NCBI GenBank assembly: GCA_025201805.1
Contig: MU619311.1
Coordinates: forward strand, 14,567-78,566
DNA length: 64,000 nucleotides
Direction of reading: 5' to 3'
Origin: Parasitella parasitica NRRL 2501
Lineage: Eukaryota; Fungi; Mucoromycota
The notes beneath the pieces were generated by a model that was given only the letters and a program-made list of their open reading frames with translations, did not search any database and was not told where the DNA came from. The position numbers were made by a program, and so were the translations under genes. Shown here one piece after another: positions 38,617 to 52,435 of the stretch; the stretch's first letter is position 1, and every line of letters begins with the position of its first letter.

Positions 38617-39532
38617 TTTTGTACATAACTTTTGGTAGACACGTATCGCAGCATTTACCAAGTAATCATCAGATAGTCATGATTATGGTTGTACTAATCA
38701 TTCCTAAGACAGTCCCTACTTTGGTTTGTACGAAAAGTCAATAGATGTTTATAAGTATATTTAAAATGAAAATCGCTGTTTTCTACTGACAACAACTTTG
38801 TATAAATATAGATCATTTCTTGTAGATTTTTTTGTTAATATAAATGTACAACAACTTCTGCCCATCATTATAATCTTAGTTTTGTGTCTGGTAAATTAAT
38901 AGTCTTTACTATTTCCTTTTTTCGTCTTATCAATCGTCTCTGATGTACTATTTTCGAGAATTGGAAGCACACAACAATATTGACTCTGTACATAATAACA
39001 AAAATTAAATGGACCCTACTCTATGACCCTTTCTTTTCCATGAGTGGCATACTATGATGCCTTTTTTGAACCTCTTTTATGAGAAATGCAAAATCGTAAA
39101 AGAGTAAATAGCGTATCCTCTTTTTAACATTTTCAGGTTGGGAATTTGTGTTGCTATTGTTCTTAAATGATCTGCTAAGCGGCTTTCTTGCGATGCAGAT
39201 GACAAATTTGACATGAAAGTCGATCCACTTAGTGGCCACAAACTAACTCGTTCGATAACTTTTTATTCAAGCAATAGCTTTTCTTTACATGACCTGAGAC
39301 TACTGCAGAGTAAGCAGATGAACATTTTTATACTAAATGTGCCATATAGTTTCAGTCTTATTTGATGAGGCATAATACATCTATCATATATTCAGATTGA
39401 AAACCCACATCAGGGCGAATCTATCAAGACATTATACTGCGCATACAGTCAGAATATAATGGATGCCACAGACAATTGAACATATAATATCCATCGGTCA
39501 TCGTGATGTAAGAAATTTATTAGATCAAGAAA

Positions 39533-40184
39533 CTACAGTTTCATTTTTAACAAGGCAAATGGGACGTTATTAAGGATCGTAGCACCGTCAGGAGGATGAA
39601 ATGGTGATCGCTCCATGGTGTCAACAAAGCCAAGCTTCTTGTACCATTCAATGAGCTCTGTTCTGTTTTCAAAGACAAGGATAGAACACACCGAATAATT
39701 GGCTTTCTTCATTTCGTCTAAACCTACCTGCAAAAGCTTTTTACCTAGACCTTTGGAGTGGTGGGACAGATCAATGGAGAACCTGCCAAGCATCCCATCT
39801 CCCTCTGGCAAGTCTCCATCCGAACAGCCACATTTTGATTCAATAGTCAATGTTCCAGCAACTGCCTTGTCATTGCCTTGCGTATCTCTTTCAAATAAGA
39901 ACAATTGGATGAGATTTCCAGCCACACTCTCACGGATATAGTTTTCCATTTCTTCTTTTGTGGTATGATAATTATTTACAATTTTCTTTACTGATGCCCA
40001 CCCATCTATACCACCAGCACACAACAAAACCATTAGAAACAATTGCCATCTCTGATACATAGCGGTGTACTGTACGGTTGTTTACTCCATAAGCTGCATT
40101 GAATATATCAGTTGCATGATGAACGTACTTTAAGTCCTCAAGGGTAGCTTTGCGAATATAGAAGTTAGGGAGAGTAGTAACCAT
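39533..40184 (-). CDS. GNAT-family acetyltransferase, one intron
   Basis: IRKATLEDL, FNAAY, acetyl-CoA loop HSKGLGKKLL, LIEWYKKLGF. Confidence 0.9.
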
Positions 40185-40557
40185 AATGCGAGGGTGAGAA
40201 TTATTTGTTGAAAAGTTAGATTTTATATGACAGGAGCTAGTCATTGTCTTGCACAAGATTCTTCATTGTGACTCATTGACCCTGAAGTTCGGGATGAATG
40301 ATTATATCGTGCCGTGAATACCGAATACACGACATAGGCTTAAATTTTTAGCCTCTGAAGCTCATCAAAATGAAGATAAAAATCTACAGATAAACATTGA
40401 AAAGTATGCAAATATGAAGTTTTGAAATCGGGATATGATGTATACACGTTTATATAAAAGTAGATGCATATTTGTTTGAATGAGCGAACCACCTCCCTTT
40501 ATCCATTTCTTGTTTTTTTTTGTTTTTTTTGTTTTTTTTTTTTCTCAACAACTAGCA

Positions 40558-41693
40558 ATGGCAAACGTGAGTCAGGAACCGGGTGCTTTTTTCCAAACAG
40601 ACGCGGAAATTGCAAAGCAAAAAGAAAAAGAAGCCAAGTACAATTATACCGAAGGCGATGCTATCAAGTTACCAAAAAAGGTTTTAAATATTTGTCTCGA
40701 CAAGGATCAAAAGTACCTATACGTGGCTGACGCAGGTCACCGAGTTGCAAAAGTATCCTTGGCTGTAGGTTACTGTTATGTCGAGAAAACTACAGTATTT
40801 TATTCATCACCTCAACATAGAGTTCAAAGGTTGTCAAAGCATTCAAAGGTCATACCGGCCCTGTTACGAGTTTAGCAGTAACGGACACACATCTGTGGAC
40901 AGGTTCTTGGGACAAAACAATCAAGAAATGGGATTTGAATACGGGTGATTGCATTGGAACATTGGAAGGACATACAGACTTTGTAAAATCACTCGTCTTG
41001 GTAGGCAATTTCCTTTATTCTGGTTCCTCTGATTGTTATCTCCGTCGATGGGATATTCATACACTTGAATGCAGAGGTGTAGAAAAGAAGCACAGTCGTG
41101 CTATCGAGAGTTTAGCGGCTACTGAAGATGGAAAATTCATATATTCTGCCTCATCAGATGGTAAAGTTTTAAAGTGGGATGCCAATACATTGCAAGTAGT
41201 TGGCGCTTTGGAAGGCCATGAAACCAGTATTTATTGTGTGCGTGTGTCGAATGATGATGTCTGGACAGCTTCAGCAGACAAAACTGTCAGAAGATTCAAT
41301 CAGCAAGGGGTTCAAGACATGGAGTTGGCGCATCCTGATCGAGTGAAATCAATTTTAATTGCAAACCCTTATATCGTGTCCGGCTCAAGCGATGATAGTA
41401 TTCGCGTATGGGATATTGGATCCACAAACTTGGTTTGTACCATTGAAGGACATTTTGATGAAGTGGGCTGTTTAGACATTGCTGGAGCTACACTTTACAG
41501 TGGTTCGTTGGATCAGTCGGTCAGAAAATGGTCTCTTACAAAAGAATCTATCAAGAAATACAATGAAACTAGAGAAGTCAAATTAAAGAGATTGGCTGCA
41601 GAAGAAGAAGAAAAGAAGAAAAAGGACAGTGGATTAACAGAGGAAGAAGAAAAAGAATTAGCTGAATTGATGTCGTCTGATAATGATGAATAA
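40558..41693 (+). CDS. WD40-repeat protein
   Basis: Repeated GH...SGS.D..I..WD units; one intron ~40766-40820. Confidence 0.92.
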
Positions 41694-41705
41694 ACAGTTT
41701 ATTAT

Positions 41706-42732
41706 TTATGGCTTTTCTTCAGCTTCATTTTCATCAAGCCTCTCGAAAATTTACTAGGTTTTTTGAGGTCTTTTAAAGGGTATTTAGGCGCATTTTTTCT
41801 ATCTCTTGCGTATGACGATTGCAGTTCATCTAAATTATCATCCCAACGGGCATTTCTTACACGAGAACTCATGCTGTTGACATCTAAGCTTCTTGCACAT
41901 CTATTGACGATAAATCCAAACCACGTCTATTGTTTGGTTAGAAAATGTTTATCGTTCGATGGCCATTGTTTTTTACCATTGACAATCCACCCATAAAAAG
42001 ACAAATGGCTATTCCAATGATACCCGCCTCTACAGCTTGATCACAGTTGGCAAGACCATAAGTTTCGCCGTAATTTAAGCCTAATAAGGTGGTCGTGTAT
42101 CCTTCGACTGTTACATTGGCATTTTCGGTCTGGCTGTAATCTTGGCTGGGATTAGCTTTATTGCATGCTTCAGTTGTCTCTGCTCTATTTACAAGAGCTA
42201 AAATAAAAATGATGATTTGCCAAATGTAAACAATCAAAAACGTTATTAACCAAAACATCATTCTGTACATGACCATGAATCCATGACTTCCCTATTAAAT
42301 GGACGTTTGTGTGAACACATTGGCTTACATCCGGCTAAGCATGATTAACGTACCGCGAGACTAGCCATTAACCCAAATATACCGATAACTCCAACAACCG
42401 CTGAAGTAAAGTAATTAGTATATATGAAACAGACACTATCAAGCATGTTATTACCCAAGCTGATAATATAAATCCAAGGTAGTGCGGCATGAATAACAGC
42501 AAGATGGATCATCATAGCTATATGTTCAAACATTTTGTTAATAATCGCCTTTGTAAGTAGGGAACATTGTAATACTATACGGTTTCTATGCAAAAATGTA
42601 ATGGCGATAAGCACGCCTGAAACACCCTATACTTATATTTAGAGGCTATGCTTAGCAAATGATAAAAAAGACCATCTTACAACAATAATGAATGATATAA
42701 CAAATACTGCCCATCGAACAGGGAATATCCAT
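41706..42732 (-). CDS. Hypothetical multi-pass membrane protein
   Basis: Several hydrophobic helices over ~4-5 exons with a Cys-containing loop (EACNKANP...ANCDQAV); charged C-terminal tail. Confidence 0.65.
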
Positions 42733-43405
42733 AAACAAGTTTCTCTTCGAGTCATTTTTCTTTCTCGCTTTGGTATATCTCAAAGGTTTGAAAAATAAAA
42801 TAAGAGAGAAAGAAGAAGCAGATAAGTACATTTTCACCTGTTGTTTATGATTTATTTTAATTCAACAAGACCATATAGCAATAGACAAGCGCATTGGAAT
42901 GCCGCGTAAAAGATTGAGCCTAATTAACTGTTGCAAATATCAACATTATGCTTTTTGAAAAAGTAACTCTCAATAGCATTACGCATATTCTTACGAGATA
43001 CTTCAGACAATAATACAACCTGATATATAATATCTTAGTACTTTAAAAGATTTGTAAATTGAACCCTGAATTAAATATAGTATTTGTTGTAGACGTCAGA
43101 TATCCAATTCTTTTGAATTATCTCTGAGTGGACCTAATTGTAAAGCGCATGAAAATCAGTTTCTGTGAAACAATACTGATCAGCTAAATCAGGCCCCATA
43201 CACAAACGTATGCAACCTTGTCAATAGGCCAATAGTGTACAAGAACCGCAAAGATTTTGAATACATAGACATTTATATTATAAATCATCGAAGACTTTAT
43301 TGAGAAACTTTGATTAAAAAATGGGATGAATAGGTTTATATAAAAGATACTTAGAGAATATATATAGAATTGTCTGCAGCGCATAGCACGTTGTATGTAG
43401 AGCTA

Positions 43406-43890
43406 TTATTGTGTAGAGTTGATAGCAGCTTGAGCGCCATTGAATGAATTCATAATATGGGCATAGCTAGGGTTACGCTTAGCAAACAAAGCAGCCATAC
43501 CATTGATATCATGTCTCCAGTCACGACCTATGATATTTCGCAAGCAAAAGCGAACCACTTCACCAGCTGAACACCAGCTTGTTGCATTCTCAACCAAGCA
43601 GCATCACGGACAGATTTATTGAATGTACCAAAAGCATCGGTAACAACAAAGACATATTAGCCAGATTCTTTAGCAGAAAGAGCTATAAATGTAACACGGA
43701 CATCAATGACAATACCAGAGATGATCAATTAACTCCTTACGGTGGCCTTGACAGCGTTCACAAACTCTTCAGAGTCCCATGCATTGATTTGACCTGGACG
43801 AGGAATGTAAGGAGAGCTAGGAAACATTACCTTGAGTTCAGGTAACATAGAAACATTAGGGCCGTCCTCATGGGAAGTTGTTAGGACAGT
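43406..43890 (-). pseudogene. ycaC: YcaC-like isochorismatase-family hydrolase pseudogene
   Basis: TVLTTSHEDGPN...RPGQINAWDSEEFVNAVKAT...VFVVTDAFGTFN...RMQQAG...RDWRHDINGM. In-frame TAA at 43731-43729 and 43659-43657, frameshift near 43530, 5' part missing. Confidence 0.9.
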
Positions 43891-44341
43891 GCTAGCGTTC
43901 TGCAAACCTTATTTAAAAATTGTCCGTCTGTACTAAAAGTTTAATTCGATGCATTTCAGTGACACCTACACCTTGTGGACTAACTGCAGTTTTCTTTAGG
44001 GACATAAACCTTAACTCTTTGCGCACGACTGTTCACATCAATCAAAATGAAAGTCAATTTGATTTTATACATCGCATTGCTATACGCTTTTTCTCTAATT
44101 CTTTTGTTTTTATTGTAATTCAAAACCTGCAATACATTTTGCCGAAAGTTTTTAAAAAAAAGAAAAAAAAAAAACTTGGCACCTTCTTTAACTGATATCA
44201 TTGGCAAATCATAGATTGACCTTTGCTCCTAACTGGTCCGGTTGGTCAGTGAAGCAAAGTTGTTTGGAAAATGAGAAAAGCTTTAAGAATAGACTTCTGT
44301 ACCTGTTCTTGTGTAATCTTTTTCTTTTAATCCACAACAAA

Positions 44342-46231
44342 ATGAAAATATCTGCTGGTAATTCAAAATGAAAACGGAGCATTCAGACGAGACCTAACAT
44401 AATCTATATAGCTTTTGTATTTTTGACAGCTAATGTAGCCATTGCTGCCGCTCGGTCCAAGATGACCTTCAAAATCATTTCGCTTGCACCCGAAAATCAG
44501 ACTGTAGCTGTCATTGTAGACGACAAAATTTACCCATTGTTATCTGTAGATGGTGCTTCTAGTTTATTACACACTGGCAAAGCACCCATTTCCTCCAATG
44601 GATACCGATACGCATTGACCGATATGAACAATGCATCTAATATCATTGATAAGGAAAAGTTTCTCCGTAAACCTATCACCAATTCTAGTGAAACTTTGAA
44701 TGAATACTATGGAAGATCATGGAACTCAAAGTCTTTAGATCCGCTTCCAACTATTATGGACCCTCTGCCAATTATCAACCGCATTAAATCAGATCTACAT
44801 ATTGATGGTCAAATTCCAACAATTCATATCACCGGAAATCAGACCGCTATTGACTTTATTCATGCTAATGCTCAATCCGATATTGACATTCCCGACTTGA
44901 AAATGGCTTATATTAGGTTTGCATATAACAACAACTGTTAAACCGTAAATAGCAATTATTAACCCACTTTTCTATGCAGCCCTAACGAAGTTAAGTCTTT
45001 CACAAACATCACATTGGCAATCTCTGGTCACAGCACTCGTAGCAGTGACAAGCTCTCCTACAAGATTAAAATTCCTAAAGGCCAAGATCTTTATGATTAC
45101 CGCCGTCTCAAATTAAGAGCCATGGCGACTGATGCTTCGTATATGAGAGAACATATTGCCTATGATATTGCAAAGTCAGTTGGACTTTTTACTTCAGAAT
45201 ACAGTTATGTTCGTTTGTATATCAATGAACAAGCTATCGGCCTTTTTGGTCTTGCTGAGGTATTCAAGAACCCTTGGATTAGAAATGTATTTGCTGATGG
45301 TGACAAGGATTACAAACAAGGAGCTCTTTTTGCTGCTGAAGTTGGTGGAAGTATGCTAAGCGGCGGCATTCGTACTGGTTCTGCTGTACCGGGAAATGAC
45401 ATTACGAATTTTCCACCTGATGGCATGGGTGGCAACATGAGCTCCATGGGATCTACCTCTGATTTGTCTTATCTTGGCGATAATATTACTCTCTATTCTG
45501 GCTACTCTGTTAAAGAGGATCCTTCTTCTGGTACCGCTAATTACTCTCGTATTGCAGAATTAACCAAGTTTATCTCTGAGCAATCTAACAGCACCGCCAC
45601 TAATGACTCTGTTGCACTTTGGGAAGAGCATATGGATCTCACAAGTTTTTTAAGAGGTTTGGCTCTTGAAGTAGTCATTTCAAACTCTGATGGCTACTTT
45701 ACCATGGGCAACAACTATCTTTTATATGACGATTTAGAAAGCGAGCGACTTGTGTTCAGTGGCCAAGATTTTGATCTGACAATGGGTACATCTATTAACA
45801 ATGCGACTTTGATGAACAGTGGAAATTATTCGGAATTTCCTAATATACAGACTCGTCCATTTACCTCTCGTATGCTCGTTGTACCTGAGCTCAAAGAAGA
45901 ATTCGAAAATTTGATTCTCAATTATACTACTGGCATCGTCAATCCCAAAGTTTTGTACCCTCGTATTGAACAGCTTTATGATTTCCTTCAGGAAGATGTG
46001 GCCTGGGATAAATCTTTGCCTCGTGTCGCTGCAAGCAACTTTTCATCTTCCTCAGAACAAGGTGGTCGTGGTAAAGGAGGAGAAATAATGGATAATACTA
46101 ATACTACATTTCATGAAGCCGTTAATGGATCCAACGGAACTACTAACTCTAGAGACTCTCTTTCCCTCAAGAATTGGATTCAAATTCGTAGTGCCAACAT
46201 CTTGAGTTTTTTTAACGGAACTAACGCCTAA
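44342..46231 (+). CDS. cotH: CotH-family spore coat / invasin-related protein kinase-like protein
   Basis: Signal peptide; SGHSTR, KLSYKIKI, LKLRAMATDASYMRE, YVRLYINEQAIGLFGLAE, SNSDGYFTMGNNY, DFDLTMG; introns ~44358-44411 and ~44917-44979. Confidence 0.93.
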
Positions 46232-47288
46232 GTCTCATTGCTGACACTTCCGTATGTGATTTTTTGTAATTAATGATAAAAAAAATATATTTTACCAATC
46301 TATTTTATATGAAATGAGAAACGCCTCTCAAAAATATGCAAATTATACGGTACATCTAAATATAATCCGATGGATCCATAAAATTAAAACAAATATTTGT
46401 ATTTGATATATCAAAACTATACAGATGACCATAGATGGAGGATTATACATGTATGCAAAGCTCATGGCATGGTCTTTGTGAGAACTAATGAGCTGAATAT
46501 GCTACTATCTTGATATGGATTTAGCAGACAGGCTTATGTCATGAATAATGGCTGAGAGAAACTCGGGACACTGGAAAAACCATGCCTTGATAAGAAGAGA
46601 TTTTATCCCATTTTGCATTGAAATCCAGTAGGATATCTCGCAAAGTGCAGTCGGCTTCAGTGCAGTGAACTATTGTTGGTAGTACACATTATAATTCATT
46701 TTACCTGGTTTGCAAAAGCTTTAAATAAGAGATCAATCTATAATAACTGATACGATATCGTGTAATACAAAAACAAAAAAAGGTACAAATTACACAAGAA
46801 AAACATTTTATTTATCATGATATGACAACAACCAATTCACACCATGCCAAAAAAAATATCAGTAATGACCTTATTCAATTTTTAAGATGGTATGTTCTCA
46901 AATAGGTTGAGAAATATACATATCATAGTTACTTGTGCGCACAGCATTTGCATAGCTTGTATATTGGTTTGTTAGGTGTAGCAGAATCAGGCAGCAACCT
47001 ATTTTTATGAGAGCAAACGATGAACAAAATCATTGCAAAACTTTCCACAGCTTCAGGGAGTAATAACAAAAGCCGTTAAGCTACAACCGGCAACAAGCTA
47101 CATAGCAAATGGCGCTAAAAATGAGCTGGTATGACAGGTTAAATCATTGTGCACCTTGGTACTTCAAAAGTAATACAAGTTACGCACTAAGCCCACGATA
47201 TCACTAAAAGCTAAAAATAATAAAGCATGATCACTAATTTGAGTTTGTGGATTCTTTTTTCTTTTTTCTATTATATTATTGCATAAGC

Positions 47289-49424
47289 ATGCCTCAATTT
47301 ATAGTCTTACTACTTGCAGTAACATTAATCATAAAAGCAGTATTATCTCAAACTGCAGCTAGAGCCAACACATGTAATTCACGCACGGTACAGAATTAAA
47401 TCGACCAAGGTAGAATAAGACTAAGACTTAAATCCATAGGCTGTGGGCTCATGTCCGGAAAAGTATATTGCTACGGCGGCTTCATTTTTACGAGCACAAC
47501 AGACTACAAAGTCGATAATGTCATGAATGTGTTAGATATTACCAATAGCAGCGGAACCACCTCAAGTGATTTACAGAACATGTGGAAACCTGTCAGTTAC
47601 ATTGCAAATAATGTAGATCTTACACCTCGGACAGATCCACAATGCCTTGTCATCAGTGACGAAAGCCGTTTGATTATAAATGGAGGCTATTATGCCTCGC
47701 AAGAACTGGTGAACAAGAGCATCATGTACAACGCCCTGCAAAACAAATGGTATAGTCATTCGTCATATTCTGATGCTCCCTATGGCGACAGACAAATGTG
47801 AGTATACAGATTAAGCTTAATACTACAATACTTTCAGAACTGTAACAATTGGTCATCTTTAGATACTATGGATCCGCAAGTTATGTCCCTGGTAAAGGAG
47901 CAGCTTTCTTTGGCGGATTTGAAGTGTTCGTATATAATTTCATGCCAGCTTTCTAGCCTGTGTAATTGACGTATATTATGCTTTTAGCTATGCAAACCCA
48001 AATTGGACAGTACCATATACCAATGCCTCTGTTTTCAGCTTTGCAAATGGTCAATCGAGAACAATTGGATACACTCAAGTTTCCTACTTTAACGTTGACA
48101 ATGCGGCAGCAAGTATTCTCATATCTTTAGTCGTTACAGTGCTGCACTGACACGGTTTATATATATACATATAGTCTACTTGGGTTAAACCCGTGCCTTT
48201 TACAACCGCTGTAGACCAGTTCTCGGCTAGACATACGTCCGTTTTTGATCCTGTCGATAATTTGCTGTATTTTATGGGTGGCGAATATCGAACTACTGAT
48301 CCTCCATCACAGAAAGGCATTCCACGTCCTTACTCTTATGTAAAAACATTCAACACCGAAACTAATGCATGGAGCTTTGTCAATCTTACTGGCGAAGTAC
48401 CAGCAGCAGGCAGAATATATTCTACCTTGACATTATGTAAACTATAACCACTTCTTGGAATTGTGACATTGCTATTTACAAATACTACAATAGTACCCTC
48501 CACCAATCGACATGTTTTGCTATATGGTGGAGAAGTTGGTGATTCAGGTATTGTAGCTCAAAAGATGACTCGCTTGCTATTGTTTTCTTAGTCGCAAATT
48601 ATCTTTAATGTTTAGTCGCTTTGGACTACTGTTTTGTCTTGAATTTGGATACCAAAAATTGGACAAAACAGGCCATTACTGCACCGGCTGGAACTATATT
48701 GGCTAGATCAAGGCATTCATGTATGTAAATTGTGCAAAAATTCGTGTGTTTATTAGCTAATTTTCGAATGTGTCCATAAGCTGTGCTTGTCAACAATAAT
48801 ACGCTATTCGTGATATGGGGAATTGACAGCAATAAAGTAGGCACTAGTTCTGTGCTTATTCTGAACACTACCAATCCTGATCTAATAACCATGTCCAGTA
48901 AATACATTGGCCCTAATCCCAGCAATGGTGACAGAAATAGCGGTCTTAGTGGTGGTGCAAAAGCTGGTATTGCTGTTGGTGTGGCTTCTGTTGTAAGTTC
49001 TACTTTGAAAGAAAAAAAAAAAACCATATAGACTTATTTGCTTTTCTGATAGGCGATATTGGGTGCATTTGCCATTTGGTTCTGTATTCGCAAAAAGAAA
49101 AAGAACGAAAAAGTTAGAGCACAAGAACAAAGGCTTGCAGAGCAACAGCAATCCGAGTATTTCAATAGAGCTGAAATCGAGCCCAGGGAGTACGATTGGG
49201 ATCAAATCGAAGATAAATACCCAGAAATGCCAACAAGTAACTTTGCAAATACGAATGCGGACAACCTTGGTAGCGTAGCATCTCCCACGCTGGCTGATGG
49301 GGGAGGGATAGGCCCCTCTTCAGCTATGCCAACAGTACATCCTGACGGTGTTGAAATACACCATCCACATACAATCGATACACCACAACCGCCCAGGGTC
49401 TTGAAGCCTGACGGTGGATATTAA
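47289..49424 (+). CDS. Kelch/galactose-oxidase-like beta-propeller type I membrane protein
   Basis: Signal peptide; Kelch blades (YCYGG, YFMGG, LLYGG, ARSRHS); TM GLSGGAKAGIAVGVASV...AIWFC followed by a basic stop-transfer; many introns. Confidence 0.85.
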
Positions 49425-50035
49425 AGAATTTTTAACCGCATATCAACTCTTTCTTACTGAGAAATGATCTCCACGTGCGGCTTCTAGATCAGCGATATCA
49501 TACTACATATTTTGAAAGCATATGCAGGTTCATATCCCTATATTTTTTTTTCTACCTTTTCCAATGAATATTTGTAGAATATGAGTATATACAATCTGTC
49601 ATTCCAAATGTGAAGTCCTCGTTCTAGGGGAAGGGGAGATAATGATTAATTTGAACTATAATTACACATTACTAGCTATTCCTACTAACCATTAAAAAAA
49701 ACATTTGAAGTATGGAATTGGGCCTTTTTTGATGTGCAACATGTAGAAACCAATGTTGATTGTATATACTGCATGAATTAATTCCATGTAAGCTTTATTT
49801 AGATGTGTTTATAAAGTTTGTGTATGACAAGAGTTTATTTCATTTTGAGGATTGAATTAAAAATGATTATTTAGTATGTTAGATTAATTTTTTTTTTGTA
49901 GAATTTATGTATTTAATTTAATAATAATAAAAAAGAAAAAAAAAAAAGGTAAAGGAAGGGAAGAGGCAAGGGAAAAAGAGGGGCTGAATGATTAATTGAT
50001 TGATGGATGAATGCTTTGTATGAGAGGACGAGGAA

Positions 50036-52435
50036 TTACATATCTACATGAGCAAGAGTGGACGATGAAGATGAGGATGCAGAGGAGCAGGCTGACAATG
50101 TTGGATCGTTTACGTTTGAAGGGTTAGCTAAAAAGTCGGCAAAGTCCTTCTTGATGGAAGAAGACAGGGTATCTACTATGCTAATTTCCATTGTGCCATG
50201 ACCACGTTCGAATTCGTATACCATGACTAGAAGAGGCGAAATTTCTGGAACAGCTGCACAGGTAGAAACAGCAGCGGCAGCATTGAGATCATCTGTCGTC
50301 ATGTCATTAGAGCCAAGCATTCCTTCCATGGGCTGGACCACTCTGGATTCAATATCTTCAAACACCTGCATAATAAAGGAGGGGAGGGGGGGGGAGGTGT
50401 CAGTTTTGGTAATGTTTGTACAAAGATGCACAACATACCTGTACTACACATAAATTATTGATGGCAATATCCACTTCATCCCATGATTGCAGCGATCGGA
50501 TACCCTTCATGAATGCATCGAAAAATTGGTTTACGTAGACAAAACTATACATGTATTTGCCTTCGTTGATCCAAAGGGCTTGTTGCACTTCTTTTGATTC
50601 CAGCACAACATTGCCAAAGGAGTAGATGGTGGTGGTGCATTCAACAGTACGTCGATCTTGCGTTTCGAAAAACGAAGTATTGTTGAAGAAGAAATCTGAC
50701 ATGTTTAGATTCAAATTTAGTTTGACCTATGCATAAACAAAAGAGATTTAATTATGCGAGTTTAATGAAAACTTCATCCCCCCTCCCCTCCCCTCTCCTT
50801 TTTGCTCGTGGCATTCAAATTACCTTGGCTGCTAACGTAGTGACAGCCGGATTGGATGAAAGTTCAGTAAGGGATGGACATTTATTTCTAGCCACTAACG
50901 ACGCGTCAACTGTAGGGATACAATTAGGCACACATTCTGGTAGGTTTGCAAGCGTATGTGGTATAGTGATCTAAGGAACAAACGTTAATATCTCTTCTAC
51001 ACGCAACAGAAAGCAGCGCACTTACTGATGGATCATAGGGAAGCGAGTATTCTAGGTATAAACATATGTAATTTGGCCATAGAGGGTAAATAGACGGGTC
51101 AATCCAAATATTAGAGCTGCCTGGTAATGTCATATTCCCCCCTTCAAGCATCATATTCATACTGGATGAAGATGAGGGTTGAAAGTGCATATTATTGATA
51201 GGGAAAACTTTCTTCTTTCTGTTGTATTTTCTAGTGTTTGCAATGGTCTTTTTTTGCTTTTGGTATTGCTGCTTCATTGAAGAGAAATTAGAGTCTAGTA
51301 AGTCAACGACTGTTGGCTTATTGCTGTTTGTTGCAGCGTTTTCATCGTAAGGAAACAGCTGCTGCAGCACATCATTGGTAGTGGCAGCAGCAAGGTTTTG
51401 AAATGACAGCGAGGTTGCCATGCCGCCAACATTGGTATCAATTATTGTATTTGATGCTGTTGCTGCACTGCTATTGTTATTGGTGTTTGTAAGGTTATTT
51501 GGCAGTGCGCCAAAGAAAGGCTCGTAAAACGGGTCCTTCATATCCAGCATAGAAAGAGAAGCTTGTTGATCATGGTACATGATATCAAAGACGTAGTCGG
51601 CCGGCGACGGAGAGGAGGACATAGAAGACTCGTCCGAAGAGAGATCTGTTAGGGTTATCTTTTGCTGATGGTGTGTATGGTTGCTGCTAGTGGTATTGTT
51701 TTGACGGCGAGGCATGGTGGCCGTCTTTGGCTTTCTATGCGTTTGGGCGGAAGTGACAAACCCTTCGTCTTCTACGGAATCAGTTAACAGGCGCATAACT
51801 AGACTTCAAAAGTTAAAATGGAAATGCCAAGTACTATGAGATTAGCCCAACTTACAGTGAGGATCACCTTTGCGTGTGTTTTTCAGTACTTGAATATGTG
51901 ATGATACTTGCTTTCTAGTGCGCACCTTGCCAGTTTTACGGAAAATAAAGTCAGAGATCAATTCATTTCGTCCTGGATGTAATGTTTAAATAAGAACGTG
52001 TACTTTAGTCAATAAATTAGTCAAGTTTACCGCAAGGCTTTCCATTGACCAAGATCTTTCTTCTGCCTAATTTTGGAATTGTTTCCAGCGCTGTTGCAGG
52101 TCATATGAGTAACACAATATCTGCAAATGCAAAAAGCGTTAATTACCTTTAATAAAGGCATCTTCGACATCTGGCGGCCAAACTTGTTGCTGTAAACACA
52201 CAGTTAATACGGATATATGTTTATAAAAAAAATAGTACGCTCAAACCTCTTCTTTTTCTTTATTCGAATTGAGGTCTTTTTGTAGTAAATGTTGTTGCGG
52301 TTGAAATTGGTTGTTATTAATGTGTCGATGCTGACGGGATCTTTTATCTTTAGAAGGGTCATTAAATTGATCATTATTGCTGTTTGAATCACTACTATTT
52401 GTAGTGAAAAAGATGTCCTGAGCACAAGCCAACAT
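50036..52435 (-). CDS. TEA/ATTS-domain transcription factor (AbaA/Tec1/TEAD family)
   Basis: Spliced [12 protein letters not shown]|[20 protein letters not shown]|[31 protein letters not shown]; C-terminal beta-rich domain. Confidence 0.93.
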
